Shown: one piece after another, positions 24,328 through 36,353 of the stretch
How the letters are laid out: each line of letters starts with the position of its first letter
Numbering within the stretch: position 1 is the first letter of the stretch
Source of the DNA: Marsupella aquatica
Taxonomy: Eukaryota > Plantae > Marchantiophyta
Assembly (NCBI GenBank): GCA_973895155.1
Contig: OZ316898.1
Span: 13,422,330-13,486,329, forward strand
DNA: 64,000 nucleotides
Direction of reading: 5' to 3'
Notes under the pieces: generated by a model
The model's database searches: none
Told to the model about the DNA's origin: nothing
The model's input: the letters and a program-made list of their open reading frames with translations, nothing else
Program-made: the position numbers and the translations under genes

Positions 24328-27300
24328 ATGGCTTCACTGCGAGGCGTGGAGCTCTTTGGCAAGTCGTCCTTTCTGGGAGGAAGAACTTCTGTTGGTCAGC
24401 GACCTCCGTGCGAACGGGTGGCCACGCCGAAAGATGGCGTTCTGGGAATTGGACGTGTCCGTGCTTTAGGTTTCGGTGCTGCTGCTGCGACTGAATCATC
24501 CGACAATGCGAAATTCAGCAACAAGAGAAATGAGAATTCGGGAGGGTTTAATCGGCAGCAGCAGGTCTCGGTTTCCAGACGTCCCAGACGTAATGGCTGG
24601 GGCGAAATCGAAGAAGCGGAAGGTGTTGTTGTAGGTCCAGTGACGCCACGGCGGGAGGATAGTGGTGCTGACTCTAGCGACAGCGAGAGTGGTGCGACAC
24701 CGGTGAAAGAGAGCCCCGGAGAGAGGTTTTTGAATCGAGCTTTGCTCACACGGAGTGGTGGTAGTTCGCAGCAGAAGACGCTGAAAGACAATGGTGTGGA
24801 GGTCAAAGTTGAGGGTAGCAGTAGCAGCAGTAGCGGGGGTGTCAAGGTTGGGGAGAGGATTACGAAAAAGAAAAGGAAGGAAGCAGCTCCCAAAGTGAAT
24901 CTGCTCAACCACAGTCAGCCATCGTGTTATGGATGCGGCTCGATACTCCAAACGTCTGAGGCTGAAGCTCCTGGTTACATTCCCCCTCAAACTTTTGCTC
25001 TGGTAATTTCCGTCCCTCTGCTTGGTTTTTCTCTCATTGCCATCAACTCCCTCTGAATTTTCTGATTTTTGTCTCTTGACCTAAATAGACACTGCACTTC
25101 TGTTTCTTTTCAATTTTTGTTTTTGTTTTTTTTTTCTGCTTTGTTAAAAGTTGTACGTGCATTTGTTTTTCGATATACTGTGTGTCATCTTCAGTTTGGT
25201 TTGTAATTGTGCTCGAATACACCCAAAGAGCTTGTTTGGTCGTCCGTTCTTCATTGGATTTGACAGAAAATTTCTCATATGCCGTCAACTTAAATATAAA
25301 TCACAATTTACATTTCTTATCAAAGTTTCCCTGAAGTACCGAAATCTTGGTCGTGGTAAGTTTATACCGGAGCCAGGGGAATTTGGCTAATGAAAAAAGC
25401 TATTTGTTATAATTCTCACCAATTATATAACGTGAGGGCATATATCCACTTCTTTCCATTCATCTCCAAGTTTATCACAATTTAGGAGACCACGTATGTT
25501 CATGGTTTTCCCTTAGTTTCCATGGTGCAAACCTTCCACGTCAAGTCAATTTTGGATTGCCTACAAGGCATTCGCGGCCCCCATTCCCCTTTGATGATGT
25601 TTTTTTTCGTGCCAAAGGATAATCGCATTTTGAAAGGGAAATTGTTTTGTTGGTTGGACTTGCAAAACAGAAGAAGAAGCATCACCAGCTCAAGACTGTT
25701 CTTTGCGGCAGGTGTCGGCTGCTCAGCCAAGGTCAAATGATACCAGCAGTTGGTGGAGTCGGTGGATATGGTGATGGGAAAGGTTACATACCTGCCGAAC
25801 AATTGCGCACTCAACTAGCCCATCTTCGTCACCAAAAGTCTCTTGTTGTAAAACTGGTGAGCAATATGTCTTTCTATCCAGTTCGTCCAGAGCTGTTAAT
25901 TATGTCTTACTGCTGTCTCCATTTTATACGAATGCTGATAGAGTTCGTTTATTAGACCTGCGGGTGGGTTTTGGTTTTTTCAGCACAGTGCTTTTCCTTC
26001 TTACAAGGGAGAACACAACGTCTGCAGGTTGATATTGTGGACTTCAATGGAAGTTTTTTGAACAGAGTGCGAGATCTTGTAGGGGCTAATCCAATTGTAC
26101 TCGTTCTTACCAAGGTAACTTCTTTTTTCTCTTTCTTCAGATACGATAATTAGCGTTATTTCCATGGCCTTCATTTTTTTTCCTGTCGCATTGTCTGGCA
26201 CGCTTCGTTACTTCAGAGAACGTTGTTCTTATGTGATGCTGGAGGTTGTCACCATTTAAATCGTCTAGGAAGATTTACTTTGGATTCGTTGTCTCCTTAG
26301 GTTGATCTTCTTCCCTTCGGAACAGATTTGGGTGCTCTTGGTGACTGGCTGCAAGAAGCTGTTGTACGAAAAAAATTGAAGTTAGTCTTCATTGCCCGGC
26401 GTTTCGACGCTAGAAAGTCTCCTTCTAGTTTTTGGAACAGTTTCTTTCTTCGAAATGCCATAAATCTTGTTTACATGTATCAACCTTCGATGTCAACTGC
26501 ACCATTAGCGTGTCGTTAGTTAAGGACCTTTCTTCTCTGTGAGACAGTGTCATCAGCATGCACCTGACAAGCGCCAAGGCAAAAGCAGGCATTTCTCGGG
26601 TTGCTGCAGATATCTCAAGGCAACGGCTGGTGAGTTCTCTGAACATGTTTTGGGTTTCTGATTCCAATGTTTCGAAAGAGTCTTGTGTCTGCTCTGAAGA
26701 AAAGGATGAATGAATTGTTTATGAATCTAAATATTGGCATACATTTCCTTCTCGTTGGCACCTTGTATATTTCATGGATTGTAAGTTTTATTCGAAATCA
26801 GATGCATCATTTAAGCCTCAGATATGTTTCTTTGTCTTTGGTTGGTGACATACAGCTTGTACGGTTCTTGTGCAGGGACGGGATGTTTACATTTTGGTAT
26901 AGTTCCCTTCCTCAGCACTGCTAGCCGTACGTAGGGTTTGAAATATCAAGAACGGAGCTTTTCCTTGCCCTCCCAGTGCTGTATTGTCCTTCTCAGCTTT
27001 CTCAGTTGTTGCATGCCATCTTATTCAACGCACTCCCCGAACACAATAAGCGGTCTAGATTGAAAGGAATTGTTCTAAATCTGTCTGACGTGACGTACCT
27101 TTTCGACTCAAGTCTATCATCCCTCTTGTTGTGGGAGAATCTTTCTGATTTGTGATGATTGTTTCGGTTGATGTTGCTCCAGGGATCAGCTAACGTCGGC
27201 AAATCAGCATTCGTTACTGCTCTGCTACGTAAGCTATATCCACTTCTATCACTTTGAGAGTTCACATTTCAGAAAGCTTCCTTTCGGTGGAAGTTGAGAA

Positions 27301-28896
27301 TCTAATTCACATTGCTCCAACGGTGTAACAGAGGATATGGCCCGTCGAGACCCGATCGCTGCAGCTGCTCTACGCTTTAAACCTATACAATCAGCAATGC
27401 CTGGAACTACTCTTGGACCAATTGAATTTGAAGCTTTTCCTGGTGGTGGGGTACGTCTACTTTATCTCTATGTTTGAGATTGCTCCAACTCTGCTGTAGT
27501 GCCTTGCCATCCTATTCGATTGGGTTGAAGATTATGTTATATCCTGCAAAACTGTTCTACACGGCGGGATTGGCCGACTGAAAGGGGAATGAAGGGACGA
27601 TTTTCATTGCTAAGTTTTTGCGTTGCAGAAACTGTATGACACCCCTGGAGTTCATCTCCATCATCGAATGGCAGCTACGCTTGATCCTCAGGATGTCTCT
27701 CTCCTTGCTCCTCGTCGACGTCTACGCGGATATGTTATTGGACCTGCGGAGCCTGAGGACGTTGAGGAAGAACCTGAGGAGGAATCTCTATTTGAGGACG
27801 TCGATCTTGATGAATTCTTGAAGGAAAAGTCCGGAGGAGAAAACTGGTGGCAGGAAAATTCTCTCATTGATATTGATGAGGACGAACAAGATGGAACCGA
27901 AGGTGCTCTTGGGGGTTACACCCTGTTTTGGGGCGGTGTTGCTAGAATAGACGTGATCAAAGTGAGTTGCAGCTCTCCGGCTTTGTGAAGGTTCAACAAA
28001 TCTGGTTTCATATCTGGTTTCATATCTACCTAGTTACTATGCATTCTAATTCTTTTCTTACTTTGTGATCTCTTCCTTGGTGGAATTATCTGCGTTTCGG
28101 CTGAATGCAGTATCACTTACTCAGTATCCATTTCATACAGGCTCCAAAAGACTTGAAGTTCACATTTTATGGTCCAACTGCAATTAGAGTGCTAAGGGTT
28201 CCAACTGAAGAAGCCGATGATTTTTATCAGGTGAATTCTCGAAATCATTGAAGACATGGGAAATTGTCTTCAGCGTTGTCATTCCGGATACTGCCCACGA
28301 CTTAGTTACGGTTGTCTCTTTTGCATATGGAATCTAACTTTGATCCGACTATTGTCCAGGAGAACATTGGCAGGAAGTTGACACCTCCATCATTAAGTGC
28401 CAAGGGACAGTGGGCAGGACTAGAGAAGGTGCAGGAAATCAGCCTCATCGCTGAAAAATTGAGCAAGTAAGTTGGGCCCTGCAAGGAGCTTTAGTACCAG
28501 CACGCGTCCGAGTATTCTCTACCCCTCATCCAGAGTTTTCTGTCCTGAGAAATATAATGTGCATATCATTCATTTCATTAGCGCTGTTTTTGCAGAAAAC
28601 CAGCCGGAGATATTGCGATATCTGGGCTAGGGTGGTTCACCATTGGAAAGGCAACTCTGATAGACGAAGACGTTGCGGAAGATAGCGATGGTACTACGGC
28701 CACAGAGACAGGAGAAACTGAGTCACTAGAGTTGTACAATGAGGATGAGGAGATTGTGATAATTTTGCACATTCCAAAGGCTGTTGAGATGTTTGTCAGG
28801 CCTTCTATACCTCTAGGCAAAAAGGCGACCGGCTGGTATGAATATGTAGACCTAACTGATGCTGAGCTAGAGGCGAGGCCTCAGGTCTTCTATTGA
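24328..28896 (+). CDS. NOA1: NO-associated protein 1 / RIF1, circularly permuted YqeH-family GTPase, plastid-targeted, about 708 aa, 12 exons
   Basis: Exons 24328-25002, 25671-25856, 26028-26114, 26301-26380, 26548-26629, 26876-26896, 27183-27228, 27332-27450, 27629-27961, 28141-28230, 28360-28466, 28596-28896 total 2127 nt in frame. Motifs: zinc finger CYGCG...CGRC, DIVDFNGSFL, G4 TKVD, G5 LTSA, G1 GSANVGKS, G2 PGTT, G3 DTPG, and C-terminal DIAISGLGW. Ser/Arg-rich transit peptide. Confidence 0.96.
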
Positions 28897-29592
28897 TACA
28901 AGAATCTCCAATTTTGTTCTTTCGGGGTATACCCATTTTATATGTAGAGTGTATGACATTGTCATACGAAATGAGATATAGTAGATCAATGGCGCTTAAA
29001 CTTGAACTTTCTGCACGCAATCTGTGGTCATGTAACAAGTTTTTTTTCTGTGAGCCAACTAGATCAATGAAGAAATGGCTAGAGTTACCTAGAGTCTAAA
29101 AGCTTTGTGTGAGTCTCCTCCAACCGGGGCATGCAAGGGCTTCTCTGAAGCCCTGATGGACCAATGAAGGCGGCTTTGAAAGATCTATTATGGCCAACTT
29201 TTGTTAAGAATTGAGAGAGCTACAAAATGAATATGACAGTGATCTTGTTTTCTATCACATTTCACTGATCATCTGAGCAGAAAACAGGGTTTTGCTGAAG
29301 TCCATCTCTAGGCTATGTTGGTAAACATGGCGATGCACCTGGGCTTTGATTTCAAAAAAAGGTTTGGCCTGGTGACCGGCCGCTTCTAGTATCCACATTC
29401 ACAACACTGATATATCAATAAAACCAATTTCGAGTTTTCAAAGTCACAAATAACAATACTTTGCAAGGACAAGGACAAGGACAAGGCCAAGAAAGGGCGT
29501 TTGTAGTTGAATATTCTTGATGAGGAAGACAAAAACACAGCAGCTTGCATAGCAAAGTCACTGACCTCTTGATCTGATTTCACTTGCTGAAA

Positions 29593-29830
29593 AGTTGTTG
29601 GATATAATCAATTGGTTTTGGTCAGTTGGCAGGGGATTAGCCTAGAAGTAAAAGGTCCTAGGTTCAATCCACCCTCCACATGCAAGGGTTGTGGAGGGTG
29701 TAATGGTGGGAAGTTGTTGGATATAATCAATTGGTTTTGGTCAGTTGGCAGGGGATTAGCCTAGAAGTAAAAGGTCCTAGGTTCAATCCACCCCCCACAT
29801 GCAAGGGTTGTGGAGGGTGTAATGGTGGGA
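29593..29830 (+). mobile_element. Two tandem 119-bp copies of a tRNA-derived SINE-like head
   Basis: Copies 29593-29711 and 29712-29830 differ at one base. Each carries an A-box-like TGGTCAGTTGG, a B-box GGTTCAATCC and a downstream CACCCTCCACA/TGTGGAGGGTG hairpin. Confidence 0.6.
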
Positions 29831-31799
29831 GTCCTGGTTTCTCCTCAGCCCCTGGCTAATTCACTTTGGGGTCTTGGTTTAACCCTTTCTCTCTCCTGGT
29901 CTGGGTATGACCCCATTGTGGCCATTTCTCCCTGCATTTGTCTTGGTTGCTATGTTCCTAGGTGAAATGGCTGGACACATTGTCCCTACTTGGAATTAAA
30001 TTGGCAATTAAAACAGAATGCAAAGAAAAGGGGGGGGGGGGGGAGCAAGACGATGCATTCAAAGTTTCAGCCCAAGCTTAGCAAGCAATGACTCAGACAG
30101 GACTGCACAAAGCTTGAGAGTTTTGTAGACTCAGACATTCATGAATATAATAACCTTGCCCAATTAGCATCTTCATAGTGAGACAAAGGATTTCTTGAAA
30201 CTGTAGAGTCAAATGAGACTGCCAAGTTGAAGGCTAGAATCTCTCCAATTCTAGAGCCAGTGCAACCGACAGCAGCCAAGACTTCTCTCCCAACTGTTGT
30301 GCCACCTTGTGGAGAGCCCCTCTTTACTGAAGATCCTACATCTCCCTTGTAGTTATGGTTCATCTCCAATTGGTTTGGCAGATTTCAAGTAGACTATTTT
30401 TATTGTCCTGTTCTTATGACAGGCTGAGCGTATGTCAGTGTTTGTTTTTGTTGTAGCCTTTGATGTGAAGCTATTGAGGAGCTCACCGAAACTTGTACTT
30501 GACTTTTTGGTGGAAATAAAATGTGGGCCTAACCAGATCAATTTTGTTGTATTCAATGTTTTTATGGGTCTTTCACACTCTGTACCATGAAGACAGGTGT
30601 GTCCATCAATGGCATCATTTTGTACCACGGTAGGCTTGTCAGTTCAGACTCTTGCAACAAACTTGTCCATTCAAGGTCAACTTTGTACCAAAGATTCTAA
30701 CTTGGGCTTTGGTTGCATGTCTTGGGGCATAGTACAAACATGTCAACTGAAGGCAGACTCTTGAATTCTCTCACACCTAGCCGGTTGCCTCACAACTCAC
30801 GTTGGATGCCTATTCACGTTTTTCTTTAATATACAATTGGAGGGGAAGCACTACAGGTGGAGGGGAAGCACTACAGGTCCCCTACAACTGCTAAATATTG
30901 GTCACTTCATATAATAGCTCATAGTGAGACATCAATACTTTGTTTTTAATTTTGCACACCCAACCTTGTACTCAATTATAGAGTATAAACAAATAAAACT
31001 GTCTGATTCCACTATCTTCCACTACATGCTCAAAGGCATGCCCCTTGATATTGAGGCCCAAGTCAAAGCAGTTGATCCAAAGAAGGCCCCAGACCGTGTA
31101 TGCAAAAATGGGAATGTGTTGCACCAGCCCTGAGTGGGTAAGTGTAAAACCCCATGAAATACGTGCCTTAGGCCCTAACTTAGTGAGAAATAATAATAAC
31201 CATCTGTGAACAGCCCCCCTCTAAAACCCTTCAGTATTTATTGTATTTCTAAAAAGTGCTTATTAGTTTTAAGAAAAGCAGTTTAGTAAGAGCCTTGCAC
31301 CCATGATTGGATTAAAAATAGCCTTGCACCCATGGGGTCCTGGACTAATTATGTTGAGAGGTCACAGGGGATGTGTTTGAAAAAAAATGAATAACAAAAT
31401 TAAAGAATAAAACATGGAAAATTGTAATGATATAACCATTTTACTCTTTGTTATATACCTTTGTCAAAATTGAACTTTTAACGGCCTTTAAATAGTACAA
31501 GTTTTTGAGTACGAATTATAGCTCGATAGGATTAAAAAAAACTTCATAAATTTGTCTACACCGGTTCTATTAATCCAATGAGAAAGTCCCCATGATGCAC
31601 AAGTGAGTAAAGAATAAGTGGGAGAGACAATTGTTGCTTAGCTTGCAGGACAAAGTGATAATGAAGGAGGTTGTGACTTGGGTTGTGACTCCACTGATGC
31701 AAAATAATGTAAGTTGGGTTTATCAATCTGGTGTTACCTTCTTCAGGAGCCGTCTCGGGTTATTTGGTCTTATTGAGATTTTTAATCTTTAATCAATGT

Positions 31800-32987
31800 A
31801 TTTTTTGTCAATAGTCTTTAGACAAGGTGCATCTTTTGTATAATTGAAATTTAAAATTGTTTTTGCCCCCATCTTAGTATTTTTAATTTCCTTTTTCTAG
31901 ACACCCTCTTTAGGTCTATATTTATTTTTCAATGTTGTCAACCCTTGTTGGAATAGTTATTCTAACCTCGTATTTAAATTCTATTAAATTAACCTTTTTT
32001 GCAAGTGGGCTACAAGCTAAACTGTCTCTTCCTACGAGTGTGAGAATCTATGGAGAGAAACAAACACTTCAATATAATGCCAACCCCTCCCCTTCAACTA
32101 CTCCTGTACTTAGAGTGTTGTTTCCTAAGTGTATGGTTTTGAGTGACTTCCGTGTCACTAACTAAAGTGATCATAAGAGAAATATGGAAGACCCACCACT
32201 ATTTTGAAAGAAATTCATAATCTTTTAGAAGCTAAATACTTGTGTACTAGAAATATGATATATGGGGAGAAAAGTGGGGCCAGTGTGTTGTAAGGCCATG
32301 AGCAATGAGGAGCGGGCACATGTACCAAGTCACCCAAAACTATTTTGTTTCTGCTTTTATTAATGTTTTAAAAAATACATCAACTCTAAAAGGGAATGAT
32401 TATAATGATTCTTCCTAAGATCACAACCTTTTGGAGCCGAAAACACTACAAGACAAGCTAGTTTGCTTTCTTAATCTTTCTTCTGGGGGATCCTCGTAAC
32501 TAACTTTGGTTAGCTTAAAGAAAATTATTTTGCTCAATTATTTGGGAGCCTACTCGGGTTAGTTTGTCTTATAATTAGGAGTAATTTCAATATGTATATT
32601 TCTTTCAATTTGCCTTAGAGAAGGTGCATCTTTTGTAATATTGGACTTTGAAATTATACTTTTGCCTCCCTCTTGGTGTTTTTAGTTTCTTTTTCCCTAG
32701 ACCCCCTCTCTTTCTTTAGACCTATATTTATTTCTCAACCTTGCCAACCCTTTGTTAGAATATGCAAGTGTTTACCCTTACATTTCAATTATGTTAAATT
32801 AGCATTTAGTACTATAAGGATACCTAAACCCTGACCTATCTCGTCCCAAGAGTATGAGAAATCCAAAGAGTGTGCAAAACAAACACGTCAAGATGATGCC
32901 AACCCCTCCCTTTTAACTACTGCTGATATTGTTGTTTCCTAAGTTTATGGGTTGGAGCCACGTTTTGAGTGACCTACGTCTCACTAA
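31800..32987. repeat. Diverged direct duplication (about 31800-32165 vs about 32600-32987) bracketing the dispersed repeat shared with 5752-6030
   Basis: Collinear blocks AAGGTGCATCTTTTGTA, CTAGAC.CCCTCT, GCCAACCCCTCCC and GTTTTGAGTGAC.T.CGT.TCACTAA. Confidence 0.75.
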
Positions 32988-33546
32988 GTTTCCTTGATGC
33001 AAACTATAAAGGATTGGGAAAGGCAGCAGCTCTACAATCACAAGGACATGCCAATTGTAGGTGAACACCAGCTCAACATAGAGGGCCACCGGAGGGCCAC
33101 TTTGGGGAAGATTGGCGTGCCACTTTGGGCAGTAGTATCAAGTACATTGAGGGGAGGGTGTGGGCAGTAGGTTTTTTTTTAGAGTATAGCATGCCGTTGA
33201 CCACTTTTGGGAAGTACTATGAATTACATCAGAGGGTCATTTTTGGTCAGTAGATTGGCAAAGAGTGCAATAGAGGCAGTCGAATGTTCTGTGAATTTGG
33301 TTTTGACCCTGGCTCAGAATGTATACGTTTTTGCACAAGGACTGATGCGATAAATGAATACACCTTATTTCAGACTCATTGTGGAATTGTCACTGGTACA
33401 ATGTCAAAGTTCTATAGCCCATTCTGAAGCTCGAACATGTCACCCTTCTGCTTTCCACATGTCACCCTTCTGATTCCACAAATCCAATCAAACTCGTTCG
33501 TCAAATTGTAGTGGCTACTGGTATTTTCCAACTCCTGTGTTGTTGC

Positions 33547-33675
33547 TGACACAACACGAAATTGGTTGACACAAGTCGTTGACACAACGCGTAATTGGTT
33601 GACACAAGTCGTACACAATCACACAACACGAAATTGGTTGACTTAAGTCAGTCGCACGAAATTGGTTGACACAGT
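33547..33675. repeat. Short tandem array (4 copies)
   Basis: ACACGAAATTGGTTGACACAAGTCG-like unit repeated four times with variable spacers. Confidence 0.8.
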
Positions 33676-34295
33676 TGCATTTTAATTGAAGCGGGTGTTC
33701 CAACTACCTTACAGACTGGGTCCAAGATGTCCGTGGCGTACTGTAAAGAAGTGATCTCCACCATACAAACACTTACCCGACAGTAGAGACTTACATATAA
33801 ACATCGCGTCGGTGAGAGCGTTGACAATCTTCAGACTGAGTCGAGACTTGCGGGCCACACTTAGCGCCGAGCAGGTAGATACGAGCCCCATTATGAACTC
33901 AAAAATTCACGTAATTTGGAGGCCGTTGAGCAAATATTAAGCTCAGACCAAATCTGTCTCTGCTTGTTTTCTGATCAGAAAGTGTACGTGTAGATAATTA
34001 GTGGAGCTCATTTACGTTGATCTTCTTCAGTTGTAAATTTCTGTAATTGATGTTTGAGAAAACTGTATACCAAGGATCCGCAAATAGAGGCGATTCAGAA
34101 GAGAGAGGTACTTCCCAGGAGTGCTGGAAGACTCTGTCAGTATACAGCTGACAAGATGGTCCTCAGTTAAGACACAAACTTCAACAAAAAAACAAAGAAT
34201 ACAATGTAAGGACCCCTTTCCATGGTCCTCAGTCAAGACAAAAACTTCAAAGAATACAAACTAAAATAAAGAATACACTGTAAAGACCCCTGTCT

Positions 34296-34745
34296 ATATC
34301 ACAAATCAAAATGTGATAATATATGGTGTATACTTTTTTATTCAAAGTAAATAATAATAATTATCATGGTGTGGCCCTTGTCCATATCACAAATAAAAAT
34401 GTGATAATATGCGATATGCACTCATTTATTTAAAGTAAATAATTATTATTATCATGGTGTGTAAAGATACACTTGCATATGTCATATTTTGATGTGTAGT
34501 TATCATGAAAGGACATCAAAATATGATAATATATGATATGTATTAATTTTTCAAAATAAAATAATAATTATTATTATCATGGTGTGGAGTGATAAATTTG
34601 TGCATGTCACATTTTGATGTGTAATTATGATGAAAAGATATCAAAATGTGATAATATATGATGTGTATTCCTTTATTTAAAATAAATCATTATTATTATC
34701 ATGGTGTGGAGGGATACACTTGTATATGTCATTTTGATGTCTAGT
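34296..34745. repeat. AT-rich tandem array (about 4 units, roughly 88-130 bp)
   Basis: Unit AAAATGTGATAATAT...TAAAT..T.ATTATCATGGTGTG recurs at about 34296, 34384, 34515 and 34638. Confidence 0.85.
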
Positions 34746-35158
34746 TACCACGAGAGGACAGGCTAAGATGTCGGAAGTTGGAGCTAAGATGTCGACTCAC
34801 AAGATACTGGGGAGTAGGTGCAACATCATTGAGTACACGATTCTTTATTTCTTTTGCCTTAGTTGGACTTGATCAACTAAGCCTTTAATTTAACTAAAGA
34901 GATAATGGTGACAGCCACCATCATTGTCGAGGTGTTGACTAATGAGAGTAAATGGTGCCTATTCTATGTCAGGAGTACGTCGGGATTGCTTTTGCCATAA
35001 CTACGATCGGTACCGTACTGGGTGATCTACATCTTCGCCCTACACCTAGTAAGTCTTGCCTGACACTCGAATTTGTCAATTTCCACTTGGAGAGTTGGAG
35101 GTTAGTAGAAGTGGAATAGAATAAATTACAAATTAAGACATTTATTTTTTAATAAGCT

Positions 35159-35266
35159 CGGAGAAAAAGGGAATCGAACCCCAGTTATACGTTGATTCAA
35201 AACTAAATTAAACACTTTTCAAAACTAAAACAGTATTCGAGACTATAGCAATCAACCACTCCGCCA
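35159..35266 (-). pseudogene. Truncated tRNA-Ser(CGA)-like sequence of organellar/bacterial type (possible NUPT)
   Basis: Minus strand: D-arm TGGCGGAGTGGTTGATTGC, anticodon arm ATAGT-CTCGAAT-ACTGT (CGA at 35237-35239), a long variable region with a duplicated TTTAGTTTTGAA, T-arm GGGGTTCGATTCCC and 3' acceptor strand TTTTTCTCCG. The 5' acceptor strand is missing. Confidence 0.7.
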
Positions 35267-35340
35267 GTGTAACATTGGGGTCAGCCAATTTCTTGTTCTC
35301 GCTCGGCATCCATCCTCGTCTGAGTTGCTCTCCAGCTTGC

Positions 35341-35348
35341 TATATAAA
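35341..35348 (+). promoter_or_regulatory. TATA box of the secreted cysteine-rich protein gene
   Basis: TATATAAA is followed by a CA/CT-rich leader, a splice donor GAG|GTACGA (35533) and an acceptor TGATCAG (AG at 35937-35938) one base before the ATG. Confidence 0.65.
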
Positions 35349-35939
35349 CTCGAGGGAACAACACAATCTTCCACACACTCTCTCTGAGCTACTCAGTGAG
35401 ACGCGGGTTTTCTTGCACGTCCAATCTCGCAACCCCTCTCGTGATCTATCAACACTTTCAGACTGGTCGTAGACATTCAACCTCCATCGGACTTCAATCA
35501 CAGTGCAAGATCGATCGACTACGGTGTCCGAGGTACGAGCTGTGTTTCGAAGGTTAATGTTTCGATGAGATTTATGTCAGTAAGTAGATACATGTACGTA
35601 GGAATTGGAAACATTAAGAATTGAGGCTCGGTCGTTGTGGTCGAGGTTATTCAGAACCGCGAGGGATCATCGCCTGGAAAGAAATTTTGTCATAGATGTA
35701 ACTGATGTAGACTGCCAATTACGTACACAGTAGCTCCTAATTGGATGGCCTGTGATGCTGATTTCACCCTACTGACTGCATGACCAAGGAAGTTGAGATT
35801 TCGTAGCAATCTAGTATAATTTTGAAGTTTGTCTTATAAATAATTGTGATGTTATGATGTACAGCTATTCCACCAAGAACGTGTTATCTGCATCTGCAAC
35901 TTATAACTCAGCAACCTGTTCCCATCTGATCTGATCAGC

Positions 35940-36353
35940 ATGGCATCTCGATTCGCCATGGCCTCAGGGCTCACACTGTTATTTCCCGCCCTTGTGGTCA
36001 TCTTGCTTCAAGGCGGAGTCGAAGTGAGCGCCCAGGTGACGTGCCAGGTTAGCGGAGCCAGCCCTCTGTCAATCGATGCGAACAATTGCGTGAACTTCCT
36101 CATCGCCAAGGGCAACACCCAGTGCTGCCAAAACAATTGCGCCGGCCCCGACGCCTGCACCAACATGTGCTCCTCTGGAACGGCGGCCACGGACATATGT
36201 GGCAACTGCGGAGCCTGTGCCCCATGCCAGCAAGCCGGGAACTACTTGGCTAGCATCATCGAAACTTGTGACCCAAATGGCCAGGGCAAGGTTGGAGGCT
36301 ACATATATGGGTTCACCAACCCTACACTGAACGTCAACGTCTATCACACATGA
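35940..36353 (+). CDS. Small secreted cysteine-rich protein (137 aa, 12 Cys), fungal Ecp2/KP4-like effector or toxin pattern
   Basis: ATG-initiated GC-rich ORF with a signal peptide (LTLLFPALVVILL...VSA|Q). The mature part has 12 Cys and the motifs C-x2-SGASPL-x2-D, CTNM..SGTA..ICG, II.TC and GKVGG. Confidence 0.85.
   Translation: MASRFAMASGLTLLFPALVVILLQGGVEVSAQVTCQVSGASPLSIDANNCVNFLIAKGNTQCCQNNCAGPDACTNMCSSGTAATDICGNCGACAPCQQAGNYLASIIETCDPNGQGKVGGYIYGFTNPTLNVNVYHT

Noticed and set aside
33547-33675. Repeat-spacer-like array resembling a CRISPR
   Set aside because: Units are degenerate, spacers are short and related, there are no cas genes, and the context is eukaryotic. It is a simple minisatellite.
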